Origin: Marispirochaeta sp. | Lineage (GTDB): Bacteria > Spirochaetota > Spirochaetia > JC444 > Marispirochaetaceae | Reading direction: 5' to 3' | Assembly (NCBI GenBank): GCA_963676835.2 | Contig: CAXXFF010000002.1 | Coordinates: forward strand, 352,001 to 416,000 | Length of the DNA stretch: 64,000 nt | Part shown: positions 39,763 to 48,424 of the stretch, one piece after another | Layout of the letters: every line of letters begins with the position of its first letter | Position numbering within the stretch: position 1 is the first letter of the stretch | The notes under the pieces: model-generated | Told to the model about the DNA's origin: nothing | Databases searched by the model: none | The model's input: the letters and a program-made list of their open reading frames with translations, nothing else | Position numbers and translations under genes: made by a program

Positions 39763-40779
39763 TTATTCCTCCGGATCAACTTCAAGCCGCACCAGAAGGC
39801 CGTAATGGTCCGAAGGATAGGCACCATAGGTCTCCTGATTAAAGACAATACTGCTGCTCCGGCTGCGAATCCCCTCTCCCCGGATAAGTACATAATCAAC
39901 ACGGTCCTGTGAGATTCCCGCAGCATACAGGTCTCCAGCTTCTGAAGTGTTGGGGTTATTCTCCTCATCCCAGGTTGCACCGCCCCTCTCCCGGGTATCA
40001 CGGAAGCCGGCATTCTTCAGCACTGCCAGCTCCTCGGATTCGGGATGAACAGCTAATGTTCCCATAAGAATTGCCGGCTCACCCCCGGCAACCTCATTGA
40101 TAAAATCCAGGGTAGCCGCCGCCTGTTTCAGCCGCAGCTCCCGGGATTTTGCCGCCCTTTTTATCAGGGCAGTCAGCTCTTTCGTGTCAATCTCTTCACT
40201 GTCATACTCTTCTATCAGCAGTTTAAGATCACTTTCACGGGAATAAAGAGATTCATCCCAGTGGGTAATAAACAGATGTACCCGGCGATCCTCTATTTCA
40301 GTTACCCCGTACAGCACCAGCGCAGCGTCACCAATCTGGAGCAGTTCACCTGGCATGCCGCCGGTCAGCTTGCGTACAGCACGGTCTTCCAGGGGAAACT
40401 CCTTCCCGCAGAACAGGGCCATACCGCTGCGCAGATTGGCAGGAAGCCCCACCGGACCGATTCGCACCCCCCCCCGGTCGGCCTGGTACACACTCTTCAG
40501 GGAAAAAGTCTCCCCCAGGGATTCCGCACTTTTCGGCAGGGGATTCAGCTCAAGCAGACCGAGGATATCCGGCTCATACTCTGCTATCCCCCGCTCCAGA
40601 AGTTCCCGGCGAAAATCTCTGGCTCCGGGCTCTTCCAGATCCTTCTCGGCAAAGAATCCCCCCCGGGACAGACCATTCCAGGTGTTAAAAAGCAGTAGAT
40701 CCACCGTCTCGGCAGGCGCCTGAGACACGAAAATAAGGCTTAAAAGCAGCACAATGGCCGCAAAAGGTAACTTTCTCAT
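39763..40779 (-). CDS. Exported endonuclease/exonuclease/phosphatase (EEP) fold protein
   Basis: Signal peptide; FNTW, PDILGLLE, THW, RVDYV, PSDHYG; GDxN motif reads GTLA. Confidence 0.8.
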   Translation of the reverse strand: MRKLPFAAIVLLLSLIFVSQAPAETVDLLLFNTWNGLSRGGFFAEKDLEEPGARDFRRELLERGIAEYEPDILGLLELNPLPKSAESLGETFSLKSVYQADRGGVRIGPVGLPANLRSGMALFCGKEFPLEDRAVRKLTGGMPGELLQIGDAALVLYGVTEIEDRRVHLFITHWDESLYSRESDLKLLIEEYDSEEIDTKELTALIKRAAKSRELRLKQAAATLDFINEVAGGEPAILMGTLAVHPESEELAVLKNAGFRDTRERGGATWDEENNPNTSEAGDLYAAGISQDRVDYVLIRGEGIRSRSSSIVFNQETYGAYPSDHYGLLVRLEVDPEE

Positions 40780-40785
40780 ACTTAT

Positions 40786-40814
40786 GTTATACCGCACCTT
40801 GTATGGGATTGCAA
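40786..40814 (-). promoter_or_regulatory. EEP gene promoter (leaderless geometry)
   Basis: TTGCAA-17-TATAAC-6-ATG; no SD. Confidence 0.65.
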
Positions 40815-40934
40815 AAATATATGACTGTGAAAAAACCTGAATATGTATCTGCCCGAAACCACTGTTCACCCTCAAAAAAATAACCGGACTTTAAGGATCA
40901 TCATAAAAACCACTGCAGAAGAAGGAGTCGCCGC

Positions 40935-42773
40935 CTAATCCCCGGCTTTGTCTTTCATAAGCGGAGCAAAAGCTTCTGCGACCTTTTCCGCCACCGCTTC
41001 CGGAAGCCCTGCGCGCAGCATAAGCTGTTCATAACCGGCAGCAGCAATTCCTTCAACACCGCCGAATTCCCGGATAAGAGCCGATGCCCGCTGTTCACCG
41101 ATTCCGGGTATCTCCGTCAGTTTTTTGAGGTGAAGATCGCCGGTCCGCTGCCTGCGGCTCAAACTGGTGGCGAAGCGGTGGGACTCATCCCGCACAGCCT
41201 GCAGGATCTTCAGCGCTTCTGCAGTTTCGGGAAGACTGACCGGTTCGGAACGGTCCGGGAGGAAAATCTCCTCCCGCTTTTTTGCCAGACCGATTACTGT
41301 TATTTCCGTAAGGCCGAGGCCGTGAATAATCTCCCTTGCAGCATTGAGCTGTCCCTTACCGCCGTCTATGACCACCAGATCCGGAGGATCCAGACCCTCA
41401 TTGAGAACACGGGTATAGCGCCGGGCCATGGCCTCCCGCATGGACTGAAAGTCATCCACCTCCCCTGGTGCAAGGGTACGGATATTGAAGGAACGGTAGT
41501 TCTTTTTATCGGGATTTCCGTTATAGAAGGAAACCAGGGAAGCAACCGTATGCTTGCCGGCAAGATGGGCAATGTCAAAGCCCTCAATACGCCGTGGCAT
41601 GGACTTCATACCCAGAACAACTCGAAGTTCTTCCACTCCTGCCAGGTTGGCATTCTTTTTCTGCCGCCTCTGGGCATCCATCTGAGCATTTTCTTCCGCC
41701 ATGCGTATCACCGCCCGGTGGCGTCCCCTGGAGGGAACGAGGACTTTGACTCCGGCCCAGCCGCTTGAACGTAGATACTCCTCCACCAGGGAACCGTTCA
41801 CCCCATGAGACAGATAAACTCTCTCCGGGGGCCTGCGGTTTTCGCTGTAATACTGCAGAATAAACTGCAAGAGGAGTTCGCTCTCTTCCTGGGGGCTCAC
41901 ATTTCCATACAGTTCCCGGCCTACAAGCTTGCCGCCGCGCATCTGGAAAACAGCAAAGGAGGCAAATCGTCCGGCCGTCGAGACAGCCAGATAGTCCCGA
42001 GACTCTGCCAGAAAATCCTCCACCTGCTGACCTTCATCCACAGAACTCACCGCCAGCATTGAGTCACGGAATCTGGCAGCCTTCTCAAACTCAAGAGAGG
42101 CTGAAGCATTCTCCATCTCTGTCTTGAGTTCCTTTTTCAAAGCCGCCGTGTCGCCGGAAAGAAGCTTCTTCACCCGGCCCACATCCTCAGCATATCCGGC
42201 CTCGTCCACCTTCCCAACGCAGGGGGCACGGCAGCGTCCGATGTGGAAATAGAGACAGGGGGCATCCCGCTTTTTCAGTTTCCCCCGGCATTTACGCAGG
42301 GGGAAGAGGCGCTCTATAAGTTCCAGATAGCGGTCCACCGCCTTTGCATCCGGATAAGGGCCGAAATAGAAAGATCCATCACGGATAATACGCCGGGTTC
42401 TGAATACCCGGGGGAACTTCTCCGCGGTAATACGAATTACCGGATAGCTTTTTCCGTCTTTCAGGTTAACGTTATATCTGGGAGTCCACTTTTTTATCAG
42501 GTTATTTTCAAGCACCAGGGCTTCGTACTCATTGGCAGTTACAATATATTCAACCGTTGCCACCCGCTGCACAAGAAAGCGGGTTTTGCGGTCTTTATTG
42601 CCGGTGAAGTAGGAGGAGACCCGCTTCCGCAGGCTCACGGCTTTGCCTACATAGATTATCCGTGAAGACTCATCCTTCATAATGTAGACTCCGGGACTCA
42701 GGGGAAACTCGCGAATTTTCTCTTTTATTGCGGGGATATGTGAGTTTTCCGGAGAGACATTCAGGTCGCTCAT
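40935..42773 (-). CDS. uvrC: Excinuclease ABC subunit C
   Basis: GIY-YIG PGVY..IYVGKA, Cys cluster, FEKAA..RD, RIEGFDIAH, IDGGKGQL, RDESHRFA, HhH. Confidence 0.97.
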   Translation of the reverse strand: MSDLNVSPENSHIPAIKEKIREFPLSPGVYIMKDESSRIIYVGKAVSLRKRVSSYFTGNKDRKTRFLVQRVATVEYIVTANEYEALVLENNLIKKWTPRYNVNLKDGKSYPVIRITAEKFPRVFRTRRIIRDGSFYFGPYPDAKAVDRYLELIERLFPLRKCRGKLKKRDAPCLYFHIGRCRAPCVGKVDEAGYAEDVGRVKKLLSGDTAALKKELKTEMENASASLEFEKAARFRDSMLAVSSVDEGQQVEDFLAESRDYLAVSTAGRFASFAVFQMRGGKLVGRELYGNVSPQEESELLLQFILQYYSENRRPPERVYLSHGVNGSLVEEYLRSSGWAGVKVLVPSRGRHRAVIRMAEENAQMDAQRRQKKNANLAGVEELRVVLGMKSMPRRIEGFDIAHLAGKHTVASLVSFYNGNPDKKNYRSFNIRTLAPGEVDDFQSMREAMARRYTRVLNEGLDPPDLVVIDGGKGQLNAAREIIHGLGLTEITVIGLAKKREEIFLPDRSEPVSLPETAEALKILQAVRDESHRFATSLSRRQRTGDLHLKKLTEIPGIGEQRASALIREFGGVEGIAAAGYEQLMLRAGLPEAVAEKVAEAFAPLMKDKAGD

Positions 42774-42822
42774 AACTGTTTAGAAAAATACTCTTTTTAG
42801 CTATGAGATTAAAGCGGGAACA

Positions 42823-43500
42823 TCAGGACTTTTTATCATTCATGACAAACTGCAGGGAGCGCAGAACATGATCTTTCATCAGAACTTCTGCCTTCTCTCC
42901 TTCCCGGTTTTTTATAGCCATATAAATGTCTTCATGCTCTTTCCAGGCACGGAGAGACTCCTCCTGACTGGATTGGGCATTTATGCGAAGCTGAACGTCA
43001 AAGGTGTGCATCATGCCGATAAGACGCATGATATGAGGGTTGTCTGCAATATCCCGCACCATTTCATGAAAAACTGCATTTGCTTCAATCCGATCCCGCC
43101 GGGTCCCTTCACTGGCACACTTTTTCATATACTCAAGCTGAATTCGCATGGCTTCAAGGTCTTTTGCCTTTGCTTTTTCAGCAGCCAGCCGGGCAATTAC
43201 CCCGTCCATGGCGGCACGGATCACCGTATTCTCCTCCATGCGCTCGGAGTATGATTCTATGACAAAGGTACCTTTTCTCGGGCGTATTTCTACAAGCCCC
43301 TCAATGCTGAGCATATTGAGAGCGCGTTTAACTGTGGTTGTACTGACTCCCATTTCTTCTGAGAGATAGCGGTCACTGAGACGGGTCCCTGGCCTGAGGG
43401 TCCCGTCAAGAATAGAGTCTTTTATTTTTTCATAAGCCGAATCGGTCAAAGACCGTAATTCGTCTGACCCCATTTTCAGGGGTGATTTTTTCTTCATCAC
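42823..43500 (-). CDS. GntR family regulator (FCD domain)
   Basis: LRPGTRL..LSEEMGVSTTTVKRAL..L..EGLV..PRKG; N..FH; EH..I; M..H. Confidence 0.92.
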   Translation of the reverse strand: MMKKKSPLKMGSDELRSLTDSAYEKIKDSILDGTLRPGTRLSDRYLSEEMGVSTTTVKRALNMLSIEGLVEIRPRKGTFVIESYSERMEENTVIRAAMDGVIARLAAEKAKAKDLEAMRIQLEYMKKCASEGTRRDRIEANAVFHEMVRDIADNPHIMRLIGMMHTFDVQLRINAQSSQEESLRAWKEHEDIYMAIKNREGEKAEVLMKDHVLRSLQFVMNDKKS

Positions 43501-43604
43501 ATTCCTGCAGAAATCGTCCGTGCCGATCCTAAATGGCGGCGACGCTTATTATACACAAAAAGCGCCGCCTTTTTAGACATCAGCTGTGATTTTCAGCAGA
43601 AATC

Positions 43605-45119
43605 TTACTTCTCCTCTGCGGCTTTATTGAATTTTTGCAGGAAGATAACAAAGACAACTGTCAGGATAAGGAATACCAGGCTGTCCGGTTCAGTGAAGAA
43701 AATCAGCGGACTATTATGAGACAGAGAAAGTACCCGCCGGAAATACTCTTCAAAAAGCGGTCCCAGCAGGGCTCCCAGAATGAACGGAACAGATGGATAA
43801 TCCTGGTTACGAAGGAAGTAGATTGCAACACCCACACCAAGGGCTACAAACATCTGGAAAACCGAGTAGGTGGCAGCATATGCGCCGGTCAGAGAGATTG
43901 CCGCAATGCTTGAGTAGAGAACCAGGCGGTTGATCTTTACGATCTTGATGTAATACGGCCCGAAGAGAAAAAGCGAAAGAGGCATAAGCACAGCTGCTGA
44001 GAAGAAGAGAGCCGCGTACATAGGCGCAACAAGGTAGAGCTGCTTGGTAAGAATCTCAGGCCCGGGAATAACACCATAGATCATCAGCACGCCGAGAACT
44101 ATTGCGGTAATAGCATCTCCCGGGATACCAAAGGTAAGCATGGGAACCAGAGCTCCGCCGCAGACCGCATTGTTGGCTCCTTCGGCACATGCAATTCCTT
44201 CGTAAAACCCCTTTCCATATTTTTCAGGGTGCTTGGAAGAACGCTTTCCTTCAGCATAAGAAACAAAGGCAGCCATACTTCCACCGGCACCGGGCAAAGC
44301 TCCGATAAAATAGCCTATCAGTGCGCTTTTTACATAGCGCCAGAGACCTACTGCTTTAATCTCAGACCAGGGCGGAAAAAAATCTTTCCTCCGGATTTTA
44401 AGCCCTGATGAGGCTGCTGCCATTTTCTGATAATCAGCATTACTGATCTTTGACTGTGTCAGCAGCTCGGATATTGCGAAAGCACCGATAACGATGGGAA
44501 CAAAATCCAGTCCCTCCAGAAGCGAAATGGTTCCGAAGGTAAATCGCTGGGTCGGGCGCATTACACCCATACCGACTGTGGCAAGAACCAGTCCGAAAAG
44601 TGTCATGATGGCAGCTTTCGGCCAGTTTTTACCCTGCAGCGAGGCAATAACAATAAAAGCAAAAATAATCAGTGAAGCTTTACCGGGTGTTTTAACCAGC
44701 AGTGCTATCTTGATGGCCAGAGGCGATATAGCAATAAGCAGGATAACACCAATGGTACCGCCGATGGCGGAAGCAATTGTAGAGTGTCCAAGAGCCTTGG
44801 CGCCCTCTCCACGCTTCATCATCTCATGACCGTCAATTGCGGTCATTGCTCCCGAAGGGGCTCCTGGAATATTTATGGTTATCGCTGTGATACTTCCGGA
44901 ATACATACCCGCCATGTAAATTCCCATACACATAAAGAGGGAAGCATTCATAGACATGGAGTACGTCATTGGCAGAAGAAGAACTATTGCCAGGAGTGCT
45001 GTCAGTCCGGGAATAGATCCGAAAATAACTCCGACGAGAAATCCAAACATCAAAACAAGAATAAGTGTCGGATCTCCCAGGAGGGTAAATGCATCAAATA
45101 TTTGTCCTAGTGCAGACAT
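43605..45119 (-). CDS. tctA: Tripartite tricarboxylate transporter large subunit TctA
   Basis: GSIPGL, INIPGAP, GALPGAGG, EGANNA, PMLTFGIPGD. Confidence 0.93.
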   Translation of the reverse strand: MSALGQIFDAFTLLGDPTLILVLMFGFLVGVIFGSIPGLTALLAIVLLLPMTYSMSMNASLFMCMGIYMAGMYSGSITAITINIPGAPSGAMTAIDGHEMMKRGEGAKALGHSTIASAIGGTIGVILLIAISPLAIKIALLVKTPGKASLIIFAFIVIASLQGKNWPKAAIMTLFGLVLATVGMGVMRPTQRFTFGTISLLEGLDFVPIVIGAFAISELLTQSKISNADYQKMAAASSGLKIRRKDFFPPWSEIKAVGLWRYVKSALIGYFIGALPGAGGSMAAFVSYAEGKRSSKHPEKYGKGFYEGIACAEGANNAVCGGALVPMLTFGIPGDAITAIVLGVLMIYGVIPGPEILTKQLYLVAPMYAALFFSAAVLMPLSLFLFGPYYIKIVKINRLVLYSSIAAISLTGAYAATYSVFQMFVALGVGVAIYFLRNQDYPSVPFILGALLGPLFEEYFRRVLSLSHNSPLIFFTEPDSLVFLILTVVFVIFLQKFNKAAEEK

Positions 45120-45128
45120 ATCTCTCTC

Positions 45129-45617
45129 CTAATACAGACCAAAGAACATTTTTTCGAACTGGACTTTAAAAATAACCCAGTAGAGAAGGTAGACAACCCC
45201 GGTTATCAGAAGTGCATACAGAAACTTCCTCGGGAGCTGCTGAACCTTATCATCGAAAAAGACCAGAAAAAGAAACACATATATCAGCACTGCGGGAATA
45301 AGACCTGCAAAATGAAAAAGTACGATATACAAAAATGAAACAAGAGAGAGTATCAGCGGAGTTGTTACAATCTTGACCTTCTCAGGCGCTTTCTCGACAG
45401 TTTCAGTTTTTACTTCTTTTACAGCATCTACAAGCAGTTTTATGGCAATAGGAATGCCGATGATTCCAAGAAGCACTGGAAAAAATGACTCACTGGTCTT
45501 TTCTCCCATAAACAGGGGTCCCATGCTCAGTCCCATTGTCAAATAGATAACCAGAGCCGCCAGAACGGCTGCGGGAACCATAACTTTTGAATGCAGATAT
45601 GGATTTTTCAGTTCCAT
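45129..45617 (-). CDS. tctB: Tripartite tricarboxylate transporter small subunit TctB
   Basis: 4-5 TM helices, FFP motif; between tctC and tctA; AAGGAG SD before ATG 45617. Confidence 0.8.
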   Translation of the reverse strand: MELKNPYLHSKVMVPAAVLAALVIYLTMGLSMGPLFMGEKTSESFFPVLLGIIGIPIAIKLLVDAVKEVKTETVEKAPEKVKIVTTPLILSLVSFLYIVLFHFAGLIPAVLIYVFLFLVFFDDKVQQLPRKFLYALLITGVVYLLYWVIFKVQFEKMFFGLY

Positions 45618-45705
45618 CTTAATACTCCTTTTTCCTGCCTGAATAAAGAATACGGCGCCCATTACCAATGGACGCCGCAACTCATCTACAGGAAAGCTCA
45701 AAGTC

Positions 45706-46695
45706 TTACTGAATAAGACCCTTTGCTTTCATGGTATCCAGTGCTTTAAAGGATTTTTCCTGTACGGCACTTACAAAATCCCGGGCCTTGTCCTGTCCGA
45801 ACCAACCGGCGGTTACACCGACAGATTTGGTCCAGCTGCGGAACTCATCGGAGTGCTGTGCATCGTAGTAGAGCTGCTCGATGGCATCAACTGTCGCCTG
45901 AGGAGTGTCGATGGGCGCTACAATTACGATGAAACTTCCAATTTCCATTTCGGCATGTCCAAGGGAAGCGATGGTGGGAACGTCTGTGTAAGTAGCGTTC
46001 TGAATGGTTGAGTATTCAACCAGACCGCGTACCTGACCGGACTGAAGAACAGCTGCGAAGTCACCGAGGCTGGTGATGGCAGCATCACACTCACCGGAGA
46101 GAAGTGCTTCACGCTGGGGACCTGCACCGTCAACATACTCAATCTGGGAGAACTCTACACCGTAGATCTCTTCAGTCTGCATGGTAATCATGGAAGGACG
46201 TCCGCCGATAGCAGTAATTCCGATAGTGATTTCGCCGGGAGCAGCCTTGGCAGCAGCAATAAACTCATCGTAGGTTTTCCAGGGAGAGTCTGCCTTAACC
46301 ATAAGTGCATCGGCTTCCTGAGTTACGATACATACAAACTTAAGCTTATCCAGGTCATACTGGGGAATCAGCTGGTAGTAAACAGCACCGACAGTAGATC
46401 CGTAGGTAAGGTTTCCGATGGTGTATCCGTCGGGACGGGCGCGCATTACGTCGAAGGGACCTGCTGCCTCACCGGAACCGGGTTTGTTGATAACCGGCAT
46501 GCTTACATCCATGTTTTTTTCGATGATAGAAGCAAGCTTACGGGAAATAGCGTCAGTTCCTCCGCCTGCACCGCTGTTACAGACATACTGAATGTCCTTT
46601 GCAGGGAAGGGTTTTTCCTGTCCGCCTTCTGCAAAAAGAGCAGAAGCTACAGAAAGAATAAGAACTGCAGCCAACAATGTTTTGAGAGTTTTCAT
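45706..46695 (-). CDS. tctC: Tripartite tricarboxylate transporter binding protein TctC/Bug
   Basis: FP.K.I, AGGGTD..SR, NKPG, PDGYT, DVPT, P..TP; SD favours ATG 46695. Confidence 0.93.
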   Translation of the reverse strand: MKTLKTLLAAVLILSVASALFAEGGQEKPFPAKDIQYVCNSGAGGGTDAISRKLASIIEKNMDVSMPVINKPGSGEAAGPFDVMRARPDGYTIGNLTYGSTVGAVYYQLIPQYDLDKLKFVCIVTQEADALMVKADSPWKTYDEFIAAAKAAPGEITIGITAIGGRPSMITMQTEEIYGVEFSQIEYVDGAGPQREALLSGECDAAITSLGDFAAVLQSGQVRGLVEYSTIQNATYTDVPTIASLGHAEMEIGSFIVIVAPIDTPQATVDAIEQLYYDAQHSDEFRSWTKSVGVTAGWFGQDKARDFVSAVQEKSFKALDTMKAKGLIQ

Positions 46696-46708
46696 AAACA
46701 CTCCTTTC

Positions 46709-46755
46709 TAATGTGTGATGCATCACACATTATACTAGGTTGTACCGGTTGTCAA
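46709..46755 (-). promoter_or_regulatory. tctC promoter with perfect 24-bp palindromic operator
   Basis: TTGACA(46755-46750) and TATAAT(46734-46729); TAATGTGTGATGCATCACACATTA at 46709-46732. Confidence 0.8.
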
Positions 46756-46793
46756 TTTTTTTATGAGTAAATCGTTAAAAATTTATTTTTATT

Positions 46794-48305
46794 TTAGATT
46801 GAAACCGGCTTTCTGACCCTGCTGAGAAAAAGAACGAAGAAAACCGTCAGCAGGAGAAAGACCAGACTGTCGGGCTCGGTTACAAAAACAAGCAGGTTGT
46901 TATGGGAAATAGAGAGCATTCGGCGGAAAAATTCTTCAAACAGCGGCCCCAGAAAGGCTCCAAGAATAAAAGGAACAGGCGGGTACTGCTGCCTGCGCAG
47001 AAAATATACTGCCACACCTACACCAAGGGCTCCGAACATCTGAAAAACAGAATGAGTAGCTGCAAAGGCGCCGGTAAGAGAGATAACTGCAATCCCCGAA
47101 TAGAGCACCAGGCGGTTCACTTTCATTACCTTTATATAATATGGACCAAATAGAAAGAGTGACAGAGGAAGCAGAACGGCCGCAGAGAAAAACAGGGCAA
47201 TAATCATAGGCGCCACCATGACAAACTGATGGGAAAGCATATCCGGCCCCGGAGCTATTCCGTAAATCATCAGTACCCCCAGAATAACAGCAGTAACGCC
47301 GTCGCCCGGAATGCCGAAGGTCAGCATGGGCACAAGAGCTCCTCCACATACCGCATTATTAGCGCTTTCAGCACATGCTATGCCTTCATAATAACCCAGG
47401 CCATAAAGTTCAGGGTGGCCCGAAGAACGCTTACCTTCCACATATGCAACAAAGGCAGCCAGGCTTCCTCCCGCCCAGGGAAGCACTCCGATAAAATAAC
47501 CGATTATCGAGCTTTTAAGATAACGCCATATACCTACACTCTTTACTTCATGCCATGGGGGAAGGAAATCCCTGCGCCGGATCTTTAATCCTGAGGCTGC
47601 TTCGGCAATAAGCTTGAACTCTTCGTTGCTGTAGTTGGACTGGATTAGCAGTTCGGAGATAGCGAAGGCGCCGATAATAATCGGAACAAATTCAAAGCCT
47701 TCAAGAAGAGAAAGAGAACCGAAGCTGAACCGCTCGGTGGGGTACAGAACTCCCATTCCAATGGTGGTGAGGACCATTCCCAGAATAGTCATCATGGCAG
47801 CCTTGGGCCAGTCTTTCCCGGAAAGGGCCGAGATGATGACGAAGGTAAATAGAATAAGAGAAGTCTTTCCCGGAGTCCGTATAAGCAAGGCAATTTTAAC
47901 CGCCAGAGGAGACACCGCAACCAGCAGAATAACTCCGAGAACTCCTCCTATGGCGGATGCCAGAGTTGCATGTCCGAGAGCCCGGGTACCCATTCCCTTT
48001 TTCATCATACTGTGTCCATCCAGAGCAGTCATTGCTCCTGCAGGGGCACCGGGAATGTTCAGGGTTATGGCAGTAATAGACCCGGAATACATACCGGCCA
48101 TATAGATGCCCATGCAGAGAAAAAGAGCTGCATTCATGGGAAGGCTGAAAGCAATGGGCAAAAGAAGAACTATGGCCAGAGTAGCTGTAAGCCCGGGAAT
48201 TGACCCGAAAACAAGACCTACAAAAAATCCGAGGGAGACAAAGAAGAGCAGTATCGGGTCGGCCAGAAGCTTGAAAGTGCCGAGAATCTGAACAAGCGTT
48301 GACAT
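46794..48305 (-). CDS. tctA: Second TctA paralog
   Basis: Collinear and highly similar to 43605-45119; GVLPWAGG in place of GALPGAGG. Confidence 0.9.
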   Translation of the reverse strand: MSTLVQILGTFKLLADPILLFFVSLGFFVGLVFGSIPGLTATLAIVLLLPIAFSLPMNAALFLCMGIYMAGMYSGSITAITLNIPGAPAGAMTALDGHSMMKKGMGTRALGHATLASAIGGVLGVILLVAVSPLAVKIALLIRTPGKTSLILFTFVIISALSGKDWPKAAMMTILGMVLTTIGMGVLYPTERFSFGSLSLLEGFEFVPIIIGAFAISELLIQSNYSNEEFKLIAEAASGLKIRRRDFLPPWHEVKSVGIWRYLKSSIIGYFIGVLPWAGGSLAAFVAYVEGKRSSGHPELYGLGYYEGIACAESANNAVCGGALVPMLTFGIPGDGVTAVILGVLMIYGIAPGPDMLSHQFVMVAPMIIALFFSAAVLLPLSLFLFGPYYIKVMKVNRLVLYSGIAVISLTGAFAATHSVFQMFGALGVGVAVYFLRRQQYPPVPFILGAFLGPLFEEFFRRMLSISHNNLLVFVTEPDSLVFLLLTVFFVLFLSRVRKPVSI

Positions 48306-48350
48306 CAGGTTTCCCCCTACAGAATTTTCATAAGAACTTCAGCATACAAT

Positions 48351-48379
48351 AAAAAGGCCCGGGAGTGAATCCGGGCCTT
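48351..48379 (-). terminator. Intrinsic terminator of the uracil permease gene
   Basis: aaggcccgga-ttcact-cccgggcc followed by T5. Confidence 0.8.
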
Positions 48380-48424
48380 CTGAAAAGAAGCAAATCAGCA
48401 GAGAAAACAGCTTTCAGCCGCTTC

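Noticed and set aside
40854..40869. AAAC-N4-GTTC, resembling a Gram-positive SOS box
   Set aside because: One mismatch, single occurrence, not upstream of uvrC or lexA; the LexA motif of this organism is unknown.
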